In this document: piece by piece, positions 36,810 to 64,000 of the stretch
Position numbering within the stretch: position 1 is the first letter of the stretch
Layout: each line of letters begins with the position of its first letter
From: the human T2T-CHM13v2.0 reference genome, Homo sapiens
Length of the DNA stretch: 64,000 bases
Assembly: GCF_009914755.1 (NCBI RefSeq)
Contig: NC_060939.1
Reading direction: 5' to 3' (one strand)
The notes under the pieces: generated by a model
Database searches by the model: none
What the model was told of the DNA's origin: nothing
What the model saw: only the letters and a program-made list of their open reading frames with translations
Made by a program: the position numbers and the translations under genes

Positions 36810-36967
36810 CCCTCCACAGCATCTTAGAAGAGTCTCGTCTGTCCTGTTGATTTCTGGGACATGTAAACATGGCAAGCTTAAGGGTGCAGGCTATCTGGCT
36901 ATAGTTGAGCCTCTTTTCAATGTCCTTTGTGACCCAGCAGTGGGTTATGGAATCAATGTAGTAGGTC
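36810..36967 (-). pseudogene. Fossil exon, 158 nt, open (TYYIDSITHCWVTKDIEKRLNYSQIACTLKLAMFTCPRNQQDRRDSSKMLWR)
   Basis: tattctttttaaatgctgatcag|GACC; phase-2 entry selects the same frame as track ORF 36718..36978; donor GGG|gtggga. Confidence 0.5.
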
Positions 36968-37064
36968 CTGATCAGCATTTAAAAAGAATAAGATTAATCA
37001 GTTGAAAATATCAGAGTGCATTTCATAAAATAAGGGTAGTATTTCATGAAACTTTCGTCTTACG

Positions 37065-37066
<2 letters not shown>

Positions 37067-37110
<44 letters not shown>
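37067..37110 (+). repeat. (GT)20 microsatellite followed by GCGC
   Basis: Direct read. Confidence 0.95.
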
Positions 37111-37462
37111 AGGCATGCGTATGTTCTGGGTTGAGGTGTAAAATACATTTCTTATGGAGGATTGCAGTCAAAAAAGTTTTCAAAGTACTAGTTTAAGGTG
37201 CACATTTCTTTTTCCTTTCCATTTTACTCTTTGCTAATTTGTTCTCGCTCTGAAACTGTGCTGGTGAATAGAAATTGTAGTCATTAATAGCCAGAGAAGC
37301 AAGGCCCAACTTTCAGTCTGTAAACAGCTGTAATGCAAAGACTGCTGCCCCTAACTCATTGCTCTGAGTCAATTAGATGTCCAAATATTAGGACTGATGG
37401 GTTGAGACCTCAAACCTCATTGAGTAAGAAGTTACAGGACAATTTATTTGCAAATTTATTAC

Positions 37463-37491
37463 CTGCACTGTTCAAGCCTCAGTGGTTCTTC
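37463..37491 (-). pseudogene. Fossil micro-exon, 29 nt (EEPLRLEQC-R)
   Basis: tgtgtcttttgcatgtcag|GAAGAA...TGCAG|gtaata; phase 0 in, 2 out. Confidence 0.5.
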
Positions 37492-37823
37492 CTGACATGC
37501 AAAAGACACAGGGTTCAGCTTGGCATTCAGGACCATTTTTGATATAGTCATTATTTTTCCTTTTATTTTAGTCCATGAAACCCCATTTCCTACCTTACCT
37601 TTCCACATTGATTCCCCTACTTTTCTTCTACACCAGTCCTGTGCTCCAGCCAAATGGATTTCTTGGTGCTCCCCTCTGAACACTCCATCTATTTCCCACT
37701 GTGGGTTCTTGGTTGTACTGTTCCTTCTGCCTGGGACAGTCTCCTTACTCAGCCCATCTCTATTTGCTAAAGTCCCATCTACACTTCAAAGATTCATTTC
37801 CAAATTCCTTTCCAGAGTCCTAA

Positions 37824-37991
<168 letters not shown>

Positions 37992-38785
37992 TAGTAGAGA
38001 TGGGGTTTCACCATGTTGGCCAGGCTGGTCCCATACTCCTGACCTCAGGTGATCCACCAGCCTCGGCCTCCCAAGTAGCTGGAATTACAGGCATGAGCCA
38101 TCATGCCCAGCCCTAATATTTTTTTCTTTCGAACCCCATAAATATCTTTTAAAAAACACCTTTCTTAAAAATACTTTTAAAAGCTACTTAAAGATACCAT
38201 TTCCCTGCTTCCAGGAGAAATATACATGCACTATAAAAATAAGAAAATATAGATGTCACAGAAGAAAAGTCTCATTTTAAAATCTACGCATTATACTTAT
38301 TTATGTATATTTATATATTACCATCTGCTATATCACCTTATAATGTGCTTTTAATTATAAAGATTTCCCACATCATTAAATCTTTTTATTTACCATGATT
38401 TTTAATGGCCACAAACTCTAGTTTATTTAACAATCATATAACTATAATATAATAATATAATATTGGGCATTTTTCCTGCTTATAGGTAGGGTGCAATATT
38501 TTGAGGTAATATAAATGGACTAATATCTGGGATATGGTGACAAATCTTCCAAAGAGCACAATATTTTTTGCAAACAAGAAATTAGGGCCTGAGATAATTA
38601 GGAGAAATGTAAGTTCCCAATGAAACTCTGGAGATATTGGCAGGTATGCTGGGTTTCTTAAGTGGTACACAGGTTTGGAGTCAATTGTACTTAAATTTTA
38701 AAGGACAGTGACCCCAGCTGCCCTAAGGATGATTGTAGAGGGTAATCCAGGCAGCTGATCCATGGAAGCATGCATGCCTCCCTAC

Positions 38786-38820
38786 CTCAAAATATTTCAA
38801 TCTTTATGCACTCTTTAAAT
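38786..38820 (-). pseudogene. Fossil micro-exon, 35 nt (DLKSA*RLKYFE)
   Basis: cctcttcctacaag|...TTTGAG|gtaggg; phase 1 in, 0 out. Confidence 0.4.
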
Positions 38821-39000
38821 CTTGTAGGAAGAGGCGGACTTCTCTGACTTTTTGCTCACCCCTTTCCCCCTTCCCATCTACTTTTCCTTTTCTGGTTTCT
38901 TGCACCATCAATTATCCTACATCTATCTGCCATTCTCCCCTCTCAGCTCCTTTAGTTAAGGTCTCCCCACTCAAGTTAGGAAAAAAAAAAAAAAATCACC

Positions 39001-39735
<735 letters not shown>

Positions 39736-40198
39736 AGGACCCAACTTTCTCCTTTACTCTTGGTACTTCTTGAGCTCCAGGCCTACTTTTCTCTCTCTCA
39801 CTGCCAAACATTTGAAATCATCACCCTTTATTAACTCCATTGCTTCATTGGCTAACATACTCTTTAGACAAGCTCTTCAACTCAGTTCTGTGCCTGGTGC
39901 ACAGCAGGCTCCGGCTGCATGTTAGTTCCAGCCATCTTGCACATTTGCATCTCCTTCCTGGAGAAGGAATTTCTCCATGGTTAGCAGTGTGTGCTCACTC
40001 CTAGTCACCAGGGCCTCATCTCCGTGTTCCCACACCCTGACCTTGCTGCCGCCCTAATGCTGCGGACCCAGTTTCCAGGTACGCCGGGTTCTTGGAAGGT
40101 CCTGCCGGTCACCCTCCCAGCCTTCTGCCAGACTCACTGAGTTCTCACCCTGCACAGTCATCGTTTCCCCAGTAACCCTGAGAGATCTCCCAGTCTAC

Positions 40199-40229
40199 CT
40201 CTTCGAGGCACCCGTTGCCAGTCCTCCAT
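40199..40229 (-). pseudogene. Fossil gene candidate first coding exon (MEDWQRVPRR, phase 1 out)
   Basis: GAG-ATG-G strong Kozak; donor GAG|GTAGAC; on the upstream-antisense side of the ZNF592 CpG island. Confidence 0.4.
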
Positions 40230-40974
40230 CTCTGTTTGCCGCGCGTCCCTCGGTTACCCCAGAGGCAACACGTCAGGCTGCCCCGCACCTCCAAGCCTGC
40301 GCGAATGTCCTTGTAGCCAGCTATGACCAAACATTTAGGGCGCACCTGAGCGCCAGGCCCACGCCACCCCTGCTTGCTTTCACTTAACAGCCTCGACTAG
40401 GCCCCCTATGCGCCAGGTCTCAGTGAAGAGGACGCAGTCCCGGGTCCTGGGCGCTCTTTGCCGGGCGAGACAGCTGCGTAGGCAGATCCTGTTCCTCTAG
40501 TGGGCGGCCTCGGCCCCTGCCCCTGCCCCGAGGCGCGTCAGAGGACAAGAGGCCCAGGTCGCTGGCAGCGGCTGCCTGCCCGACCGCACAGGGTGCCTAG
40601 CACGGGTGGCGGGGACTGGAGCCGGGCGGGGGCCGGCCGGGGTCGGGGGTCCAGCCCTGAGCGGCGCCGTCCCCGCCCCGCCCCGTCCCGTCGCGTCCCG
40701 CCCCGCCCTACCCGCCGCCGCCGTCGTCGCCGTCGCCGGGCCTGCGCCGCGCAGCCCGCCTCGGGCGGGAGGCGGGAGGCGGGAGGCCGGGCCCAGGCCG
40801 GGGCAGCCCCTCCACCGCACCGTCCTGGGCCGGTGCCCAGGTCCGAGTCGCCTTCCGCCTGCCCCCCCCCGCCAATCCCCCGCCGCGGCAGCCCCAGCCA
40901 GGTCCCGCCGCCAGGCCGGCTCCCGCCCCCGCTCCGCCCCCGGAGCCGCAGCCCCGCCCGCCATCGCCGTCGCC

Positions 40975-41052
40975 ATGTTGTGGCTCCCGCAGCCGGCGCT
41001 GGGGACGCGCGCGGCCGAGACTCTGGCCTGCAGTCGCCGCCGCCGCCGCCAG
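40975..41052 (+). other. ZNF592: ZNF592 exon 1 (5' UTR; 5' boundary approximate)
   Basis: Consensus donor CAG|GTAAGC at 41052/41053 in the CpG island; gene name from recalled SEC11A-ZNF592 divergent synteny, not from coding sequence. Confidence 0.8.
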
Positions 41053-42259
41053 GTAAGCGCCCCCCGCGGGCCGGGCCGAGCGGGGCCTGCGGGCCGGGGC
41101 AGCCCCAGCCTGGGCCCGGGAGGATCGCAGCCGGGACCGAGTCCGAGCCCGAGCCGGGGCCCGGCCCTGCAGCCTGGCGGACCCTGGCCGCCGCCAGAGG
41201 CGGCAGCCACTTCCCCCGACCGCCGCCTGGCGGGCCCGGGCCGCCACCCCACCCCGCCCCCGGCCGTCGGGCGCCGGCCCCTTCCGCCGCTGCGACCGCC
41301 GCTGCGACCGCCGCTCCTTGGCAGGCCGGGCACGCTGCTGTCCTCCGCGCTGGGCGGGACGTGCGGCCGCCCTCGGCGATAGCCGGCGGCCCCCAGCCCG
41401 GGCACGGATAACGGTGCCACTTTCTCCCTCTGGGACGGCCTGTCAGCCCGACCGTCCCCGCCGCCCGAAGAGCTGTCGCCGTCACAGGGCAGACACTTCG
41501 GGGAACGACCCTCTTTGGCGCTCCTCAGTACTCCCCTCCCCTGAGCCCAAGTTCTGACCCTGAGGAAGGTTTCTCCCGGAGCAGACAGGTATTCCTAGAG
41601 CTCCAGAGTTGGGGTCCTCAGGGGTGACCAGGCCTGTTGATCAGGGTGAAAATTGTCTCTCTGCAAGGGCTCTTCCTGCCAACGAGGGGGTTGGCGGGAG
41701 GCTCAGTGTGACCTGAGGGAGGACAGGAGAGCGTCTGCTGGACAGATGGCCTCCTGGCCTTGGATCAGCGTTTGTGAGGGGGAGGGGTCCGTATGACCTT
41801 AGGTATGCCTGCTCCTGAGTACTGCAGGATTATTGAAGCTGTTTAGGGATTTTAAACCATTTTTTGAGTAGGCCAAAGGTGGCATTAAAGGTCCTGGATT
41901 GGAATAAGTCCACAGGCCCACCCAGGGAAGCATGTTTGGCATCCAGGACTAGTCTAGAATAGGACTGGCAGTAGAAGAATGGGACTTGGGGAGTAAGACG
42001 GTATTTGGCTTATGGTTTGCCCACTTGAGTTCAGGCCTGTGCTCATGGAGGGCCTGTAGGGTGCTTCTGTCGCGGGTGCAGTGTGGTGCACAGTGTGGCA
42101 GAGTGCGGAGGATGTGGACAGACAGATTCCTGGCCTGGTGGATGCTTGGTGGTATTTCAGTAGTCTGTTTCCTCAACCTCACTGTTACGTTACACAGTGA
42201 AAGGGGCAGAAGTGTGGTGCTAGTGCGTCCATTTTGATCATTTTCCAATTTTTCAACTA

Positions 42260-45060
<2,801 letters not shown>

Positions 45061-45851
45061 ACATCACATACATCCCATGATAGACGTTGCAGTTAGAGAG
45101 TGGAGATAGATGTTATCGTGGGGCAGCTTTATTTGGGGGGCATCACTGTGCTTCAGGATCTGTTTCTCTGCTTCGTAGACCAGAAATTTAGTTTTGTAGG
45201 GTGCTCAGAGCTGATTGGATCCAGAGAGACTGACTCACTAACCAAACTTGGAAGAGACTCCTGAATAAACTTAGGATATTAACTGACCATGAGAAATGAA
45301 ACTGCAGAGTGACAGATGTTTCTGTCCTCTGGCCATTGCTCCTCACTTTCTGGCCAGGGCTGGGACATACTAACAAACACTTGCTCCTCAATTCCTGTTT
45401 GTTTTTCTCAGGCTCCATGAAAACGAACCCTTTCTGTTAACATAATCTTTCCTCAAGCACTATTTAGTATAGTCAACAATGATTATTAATTGATAGAATG
45501 AATAATTCTGTATTGTTTATGTGGGATCCTGTATTTGTGAAACTTAAGGAATGGGACGAGTAATAGAAATAAAATATCAGAAAGGAGCGTTCCATAGAGT
45601 TAGGTTAATGGAGAAGGTATGCAGATTCTAAGTAGTGTGCGTAAATTTGTGGCTAGCAGTGGTTGTGGGCAGATGCGTCGGAAGTTGTTCTGGGAACAGA
45701 GGTCTGTGAACTCTTGGAGGAGGTAGGGGGCTTTTGGCTGCATGTGAAGGAAACACTGATTTAGGATCTTTATCTTCCCTACACATTGGAGACAGAAAAG
45801 AAAACAATTCCCACCCTCAACTCAGCCAGATCATGGTGAGTTTTAATTTAA

Positions 45852-51320
<5,469 letters not shown>

Positions 51321-52469
51321 AAATAAGTAAAATTTTCTGGAACCTTTTTGCAACAGCATTCTACTCTTTTTTGCCAATTCAGTTACAGTAGATACCTACC
51401 TTAAAGCCTCTTCTTATGGTCTCCCTATGCCCTTTGCCTTGCTAAAGGAACAACCTCAAGATTTTAAATATAAGTAAACATTCTAATTAAGAACAGTATT
51501 CCACAGTTGCTTATAAAAGCAACTGTGGACCCAATCCAGAGTTGGTGCTCTGTAGAGCATAAAAGAATCATGTGAGATGAACTTCGCCCTCCAGGATTTC
51601 CCCCACTGAAAGCAATTAGAGAACAATTTGCTTTCAGACCAGAAGTGTCTTAAGGGGGCTTTTCTTTCTGAGGGTGGTGGTTATTGGCACACAGGTCACC
51701 CTCTGAGATGGCTGGGATTACCTCTAGGGAACATTCTCTAGTACCCAAAATGTACTGAATGGCCATTTGGGAGGAGAGAGGTGGTGGCCATGAAGTATTC
51801 TGATCTTTCATTACTTGTCTCCCCTTGACGCTGCTTCCTAAGTGCTGTGCCCTTTAGGAGAAGCTGGCCTCCTATCCACAAAGTATGAACCCCAGTGTCT
51901 GTCATTCCATCATTATAGCTCCATTCCTCTGAGTCTAAGGCTTTTGCATTTCCATCTTAGAGTCCTGTTTTAAATTATTTATACCCCCTGGGAGAGGTCA
52001 TACTCTTTAGTACATCATCACCAAACAGTAGGTTTAATTACCAGGAATTAATTAAGTCAACTGAGAGAAAGACTGGGACCCAGGCAGGCACTTGGGGGCA
52101 AGAGTGTCTGAAGGGACACACTTCTGCATGGGAGGAGAGAAGTGAGGGCAGCAAAAGAAACATTCATTCATATCAGTTCCTGCAGTGAATGTTGTTGTAC
52201 CACCTCATTGCTGACTCTGGGCCCACCTTGGTGGTCCTGCTGGCTGGGACATAGGGTACAGCGTGGGCTAGCCCTGCCTTGTACAGGGGTTTTGAGGCAG
52301 AGTTGGAATTTGAGCCAAGTCTTTAAGGATTGGGGAGATTCCCCCCCCCCCTGCCATTTAAAAAGTAATATGTGCTTAGTTTAGAAAATTTGGGAACAAT
52401 CAGGAAGAAATTCTGGTAATTCTTCCTAATGATAGACAGTTGAGATGGATAGGCAGAGGGGAGTGATCC

Positions 52470-55000
<2,531 letters not shown>

Positions 55001-57087
55001 AGGGTTAAATAAGCCTTATCCCCTGTATTTGGTGGAGAGATTTGAAGGGTAACTGTGAGTAGGAGACTTCAGCTGCTCTGATGGGAAGGGCAAGCAAGGG
55101 CCCCCTGACCTTGCCAGGAATAACAGGAATCTTCCACAGTAATAAAAACTCTTCAGTTTATGTCCCTTTTCTTATTTGATTACCTCACCTCTCTGGGCCT
55201 CAGTTTCCTTGCTTGTAGAGTAAGTGGTTTAAATTTAATGGTTTTCTAGAATCTCTTTGGCTCCGATAGTCCTGAATCTTTCTAGTGTTGGAAGAAGCTC
55301 TAATCTAGAACAGTGTTCTAGAGCAATGTTGTCTAATCTTGGTCTTATAACACTCTAAGTTGTGTCATCATTATGGCAAGGGCTGTGGTGAATGTCTCAA
55401 TACCAAATTGAAGGAAAATTTGTGCCCTATTCAGTAGCACCTTGGGAAGATGAGTGTGTTGGGAAACTTGAAATGTGAAAACTGACCTGCTGGTTTGGAG
55501 TCCAAAGTACAGGGGCAGCTTGGTCCTTGGGGGCAGGCAGGAGCCTGAGTGCCAGTCTTAGTTCACTCACTGGTGAGTTCCTTGTGCAGTGTGAAGAGTG
55601 TGTTATAAACTGTAAGATTCCTACACATCCAAGCATGCGTGTGTGATTAGGGTGACCTGGGAGAAGCAGCCAGCCTGGAAGTGAAGCCTGACACTCAGGT
55701 TTGTTAGCCATTCTGCATCCAAACTGCATGATTGCGCATGTGAGAGAGACTGTCTGGATAACCCAACAGAAACTGGTGGCCAGAGGAACCAAGGTTAATC
55801 TGGAGTAAATAACCTAGTATACTCATTGGAGCACCTCCCAATTTATTTACTATTGGACAGCAGACCTAAGACACCCCTTGGCCCCTGATCTCTAACTTTT
55901 GTCCTCATTTGGACAGCACAGTGTCTGCTTGTTAGTTTATGTTTTGAAATGTGAAAGCCCAAATAAGAAAAGGAAAAACTTCAGGAAAGTTTTCTCTAGT
56001 TTCTTTCTGTAGAATTGAGATAATTAGTTTCTTTCCCTTCCCTTCTACATTTTTACATTAATATTGTCTGTATTACTATTTAGAATCCAAACTAAATGTT
56101 GGTCTGTCAAAACTGGACAAAAATGAAGTCAAGCGAGGGAATGCAGGATTAGAGTGAGAATGGGCAGAACGAGAAATTCAGGGAATGAGTCCTTTTATTA
56201 GGTAACTTGTGGGTATATGTAGTTGATGGGCCGTTAACCAGTGTTTCTCAACGCTAGTCAATTAAATCTGAATCTTAGAGGGGTAGTGGCCAAGTATTAG
56301 TAGCTTCCAAAGTTCTCAAGGTGATTCTCATGTTTGGCTACAGTTAGGGATCACCTAGTTTTTAAAAAAGAGTTCTGCCGACTTTCCTCTTTTTGACCCT
56401 CATTCTCATCACCTGCTCTGTGCTGACCTCTTCCTACACTGCTATCTGCCCCCGCCATGATTTCTGCAGCTCACCTGCCCCCCTGGCCCCTGCTTGGCCC
56501 TCTGCTTCTTCAGCTTCAGCGGGCATCCCGAGCACTGGAGGAGGAGTTGTGTGGAGGGGTAAACTAAACCCGGCTTTACTTCCCTTGTCTTTCTGTCCTC
56601 TCTGCATGCAATTTCTGGGGCACTCTGAAAACTTAGGAGGGAAAGCTTGGTGGCCACTGAGGTTGGTGGCATAATGCTTAACAAACATGTATTTGCTATG
56701 TGAAAGACAGTGTTTTAAGAGCTTTATAAATATTAACTCATTTGATCCCTATAATAGCCCATTTTACATATGGGGAAACAGACAGAGATGAAGAATCTTC
56801 CCCCAGGTCTCAAGGCTAGTAAGTAGTAGAACTAGGATTTGAACCCGGATGGAGTCTGTGCTCTGAAGCACCAGCCTGTAATAGAGGGAGGGGAGCAGAC
56901 GTGGAGCTGGGAAAAGTTTTGTCTTTGACTACATTTGTGGCCTGCTTGAATTTACATTTGGGGATTTTTCTCAGGGTCTTACTTACACTTGGATTATTAT
57001 TATTAGTTTTTTTAAACTATCTTTCCTTACTCTAACACTTACCTTCAGACCCACTTAAAAAAAATTTTGTTTTTCTTCTTTCCTTAG

Positions 57088-57196
57088 GTGGTGTTTGGAC
57101 TCTAGACCATGTGCCTAGGTAGAAGTTTTTCCTTTCTCCGCAGCTCTGCTCCCCTAGCAACGCTCGCCACACCCTTGTTTTGAGATCCTCTCTAAG
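57088..57196 (+). other. ZNF592: ZNF592 exon 2 (109 nt, 5' UTR)
   Basis: Strong acceptor ttttgtttttcttctttccttag|GTG and donor AAG|GTATGA; unique sequence retaining CpGs. Confidence 0.8.
57109..57183 (+). other. Candidate uORF within exon 2 (24 aa, MCLGRSFSFLRSSAPLATLATPLF)
   Basis: ACC-ATG-T context (A at -3), open to TGA at 57181-57183, entirely within the exon. Confidence 0.5.
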
Positions 57197-57299
57197 GTAT
57201 GATGTCTAGGCTGACCTGAACTGGCCTTGAAAAGCCAAGAGTTTGAACATGAGATTTTTTTGTTCCCTGGATTTTGTTTTGTTTTGTTTTGTTTTTTTT

Positions 57300-58260
57300 G
57301 ATGATAAAATACATATAACAAAAGTTACCATTTTTAAGTGTGCAGCTCAGTGGCATTAAATACATTCACAGTTGTACAAGCATCACCACTGTCCATCTCC
57401 AGAACCTGATATCATCTCATACTAAAACTCTGTACCTATTAAACAGTAACTCCCTCTCTCTCTCCTGCTAACCCCTGGCAACCAATTCTACTTCTTGTCT
57501 CTATGAATTTGCCTACTCTAGGGACCTCATGTAAGTGGAATCATTCAGTATTTGTCTGTTGTAGCATGTGTCAGAATTTCCTTCCTTTTTAAAGTTGAAT
57601 GATATTCCATTGTGTGTATATACCACATTTTGTTTATCCTTTCATCTGTTGATAGATACTTGGGTTACTTCCACCTTTGAGTGTTATGAATAATCCTGCT
57701 ATGAACATGGGTGTACAAGTATCTTGTGTCCTCCCGCTCTTAATTCTTTTGAGTATATACCCAGAAGTGGAATTGCTGGATCATATGGTAATTCTGTTTA
57801 ATTTTTTAAGGAACTGCCAACTGCTTTCTATAGCAGCTGCACCATTTTACATTCCTACCAGCGATGCACAAGGAATCTGATTTCTCCACATCCTCACTAG
57901 CACTTGTTATTATTGTTTTTTTTTTTTTTTTTTTTTTTTGAGACAGAGTCTTGCTCTGTTGCCAGACTGGAGTGCAGTGATGTGATCTTGGCTCACTGAA
58001 ACCTCCACCTCCCGGGTTCATGCCATTCTCCTGCCTCAGCCTCCTGAGTAGCTGGGACTACAGGTGCATGCCACCATGCCCAGCTAAATTTTATATTTTC
58101 AGTAGAGACGGGGTTTCACCATGTTGGCCAGGATGGTCTCCATCTCTTGACCTGTGATCTGCCTGCCTCGGCCTCCTAAAGTGTAGGGATTACAGGCATG
58201 AGCCACCGCACCCAGACTTGTTTTGTTTTTAAATAATAGCCATCCTGATGAGTGTGTGAT
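57300..58260 (-). mobile_element. L1MB-like 3' end interrupted by AluS (57918-58215)
   Basis: Antisense L1 3' UTR: GTGGCATTAAATACATTCACA...CCCAGAAGTGGAATTGCTGGATCATATGGT. Confidence 0.85.
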
Positions 58261-58368
58261 TGGACCCATAAAGTCTACTAGCCAAGGGGTGGGTCCCTAT
58301 TGTGTTGAAATGTACACATATAGAAAAAAAATATGATAAACCTCTGTGTACTCACTCAGATTCGGTAG

Positions 58369-58686
<318 letters not shown>

Positions 58687-58919
58687 TAATAGTCCATTTG
58701 TCTAATCATAGGAAGGCACATAGGGACATGTTAGGTTATCATTCCCTTGGATCACCAGGGACATACAATAGGCACATACAGAACACCTGGATATTGGATC
58801 TGTTGCCATGCTGGATTGTTGGTGAAAGGCTGCTTTGGCTGGGGCCCTACTTTCTTGCTGAAGGCTGGCTTCCCTCAGGTCTGAGCAGTCATGGTGAAAG
58901 AGCACACCCAGATCTCTGT

Positions 58920-59085
58920 TGAGAGGGGAAGGAGAGAAGAGGGAGGAAGAGAGGCATGAGGGAGAGAGCAGGAGCTGGAGAGTTGGGGGGCGGATAGAGA
59001 GACAGAGAGAGAGAGGACAGGGGAAGAGAAGAGAGGGAGAGAAAGTGTACCGTGGAGGAAGGAATAGAGGGAGAGAGGATGAGAA

Positions 59086-59130
<45 letters not shown>
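58920..59130 (+). repeat. GA-rich low-complexity tract followed by (GT)21
   Basis: Direct read; (GT)n at 59089-59130. Confidence 0.9.
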
Positions 59131-59134
<4 letters not shown>

Positions 59135-59384
59135 AAAGGGGAATAAGAACAGAACACTTGGGAGAGAAACTTTACCAGCCCTTTGACTCACCAGCTCGTA
59201 AACTCCTGTGGTGATCTAAGGCAACCATAAGGATGCCTCTAAGAGTAATAGCATGCTCCTCGTGTCCCTCCAGACCTGTCAGTTTAGGAAGCTTTGGAAC
59301 TGTAGGTTGTCTGTGGTAGATAAGACTGGTGGCACCCTCAAAACCACCAAAGAAAGAGTGATCCTGTGAAATGGCCACTTTCTG

Positions 59385-62328
<2,944 letters not shown>

Positions 62329-64000
62329 TGGCAACGTATGTTTCAAAAGCAATACTCTGGCTGCTGTGTTGGGAATGACTAGTAGAGGCAAGGGTGGAAG
62401 CAAGAAGATCAGTTGGCAGGCTTTTGTGGGAACACAGGAGAGAGATGATGGTAGAGGTGGTGAGAAATGGCTGGACTTGAATATATTTTGAAGGTTGAGT
62501 TGACAGGATGTGCTTGTGGATTGGATGAAGGGTGTGAAAGAAAGAGAGGTTTAGGCCTAAGCAGCTGGAAGAATGGCATTGTCATTTACTGAAATGCGGA
62601 AGGCTGTAGGAGGAAATCAAGAGCTAGATTTTAGACATAGTAGATCTGAGGTGCCTATTAGATATCCAAGTAGAGATCCAAATCTAGAAATAACAATAAT
62701 TTAGTGAATGTCTACTGAGGGGCTTATAAAATAGCAGGAAAGAGAACACTTTACTGAAATGTTCAGTAAACTACAGTACAGGTAGAAAATTATGATGTGA
62801 GGAAGAATAAATAAAGCAAAAGGGAGCAAAAGGGAGAGTGAGGTGACTTCTGTAGGAATTCTGTGCCCTTGATGAGCCTCAGTGGTGCCCACAGATGTTT
62901 CCAGTGGATTATGTATGTGTAGGTGCTCAAGAGCAGGGTCTGGGCCTTCAGCTTTGTGCCCTCAGTGCCAGTCATAAGTCTTAGCATTTGGTGACTGTTC
63001 CCCTCTCTGAGCCTCAGTTCTCCATGTATAAAAAATGAAGAGTTTGGACTAGACCGGTGCAGTGGAATCACCTGGGAAGCTTTAAAAAAAAAACAACCAA
63101 AAAGCAGGAATCCATCCTAGACATATTGAATCAGAATTTTCATGGTGGAGCCTGTGTATCTGTATTTTTAAGTCATTCCCCATGTTACTCTTTTGCAGTC
63201 TGTCCAGCAGCGACCTTCAGACAGGCATTTGGAAGCCCCTGGACCAGATAGTTTCCAAGGGCCCCTTCAGCTTTAACATCTTATGAGTCTTGTTAGAATG
63301 TTCGCAGTATAATTCTGTCCTTGAAATCTTTGGTTGGCGTGGAAAAGGCATGGCAGGGGGAGAGGAGAAGCTGCCTTTGGGTGAAGGACACCTTGCACAG
63401 GGCAAGCAGGGGCAGGTACATCAGCCAGGGGGTTGAAGAGACATCCAGGAATGGCTCCGGGAGCAGTGGGAGCAGTGACAACTCACCTGCCATGGGGAGC
63501 CAGGTGTGTTAGGTCACGGAAATAGAGGGGAAAGACATGACCCCCACACAGGAGAGGCTCACATACTGATGGGAAGGACTGATGAGAAAACGAATGATTC
63601 CAGCCCCCTGTGAGAAGTGCTGCCATAGAGGAAGAGAGGCTTGGGTGTCAGGAGAAAAGTGGAGCAGGAGGAGGGCAGAGCACTGGAGTTGCAGTACTCA
63701 GAGAAGGCATCAGAAGGGGACCCTGGAGCTGAAACTTGGGGATGAGGAGTTCTTAGGTTTGTGTTTGAGGCCCTGGTGGGTTGGGGTATCAGGTATTCTC
63801 TAGTCAGGGGGATAGCTCAAACCCTGGCAGAGAGGCACGAGAAAGTGTGAGAGAACCACCACTGGGGTCAGAATGAAAGGTATCCTGGCAAGTGGCTGGA
63901 GAGGGGCAGAGACCACATTGGAATGCATCCTCCATGAGAGGCTGAAGGGACATCTTGGTGATCAGATGTATGTTTCACAGCAAATTTTATGGCAACATGT

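Larger units (their letters stand above)
40050..41560. promoter_or_regulatory. ZNF592: CpG island / ZNF592 promoter, many GC boxes and C-runs (G4 potential on the minus strand)
   Basis: Extreme GC and CpG content; repeated CCCCGCCCC/CCCGCCC at 40670-40715 and 40920-40960; YY1-like CGCCATGTT at 40971-40979. Confidence 0.9.

Noticed and set aside
38860-38908. Minus-strand MVQETRKGKVDGKGER|GTGAGC as an extra fossil exon
   Set aside because: It would leave only a 39-nt intron (38821-38859) to the next acceptor, too short; probably L2-like purine-rich sequence
40497-41485. Overlapping 180-315 aa Arg/Pro/Gly/Ala ORFs on both strands
   Set aside because: Stop-codon depletion in a CpG island; low complexity, and they run through the exon-1 donor
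45395-45440. Strong plus-strand acceptor tttgtttttctcag|GC in ZNF592 intron 1
   Set aside because: No convincing paired donor nearby; likely a cryptic site
55304-55322. Palindrome TCTAGAACA-G-TGTTCTAGA as a glucocorticoid/androgen response element
   Set aside because: Half-site spacing is 1 nt rather than the required 3 nt

Overview
Human genomic DNA, very Alu-rich. It is recognisable as the SEC11A-ZNF592 head-to-head locus (15q25.3, from recall). The minus strand carries SEC11A coding exon 1 (8429..8479, MLSLDFLDDVRRMNKRQ) in a CpG-island promoter, with intron 1 running off the left edge. The plus strand carries a second CpG island with the non-coding 5' exons 1 (ends 41052) and 2 (57088..57196) of the neighbouring gene, assigned to ZNF592 by synteny because none of its main CDS is in the window. 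Almost all ORFs in the supplied track are Alu-derived or GC-island artefacts. The main new observation concerns the ~30 kb 'intergenic' interval. Its non-repeat islands carry a chain of minus-strand AG...GT-bounded micro-exons (17-41 nt) and several larger exon-like blocks. These can be spliced phase-compatibly from a strong-Kozak ATG at 40229, and they are disabled by nonsense codons, frameshifts and Alu insertions. This looks like a fossil (unitary-pseudogene-like) multi-exon gene fired divergently from the ZNF592 promoter; it was reconstructed by eye and needs comparative genomics. Other points of note are a spliced plus tandem uORF pair in the ZNF592 leader with an internal alternative acceptor, an old ~265-bp local duplication in ZNF592 intron 1, a 135-nt pure-purine/(AAG)17 tract, and a three-layer Alu/MLT2A/Alu nest. 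Repeat boundaries and subfamily names are approximate and were recognised by eye.
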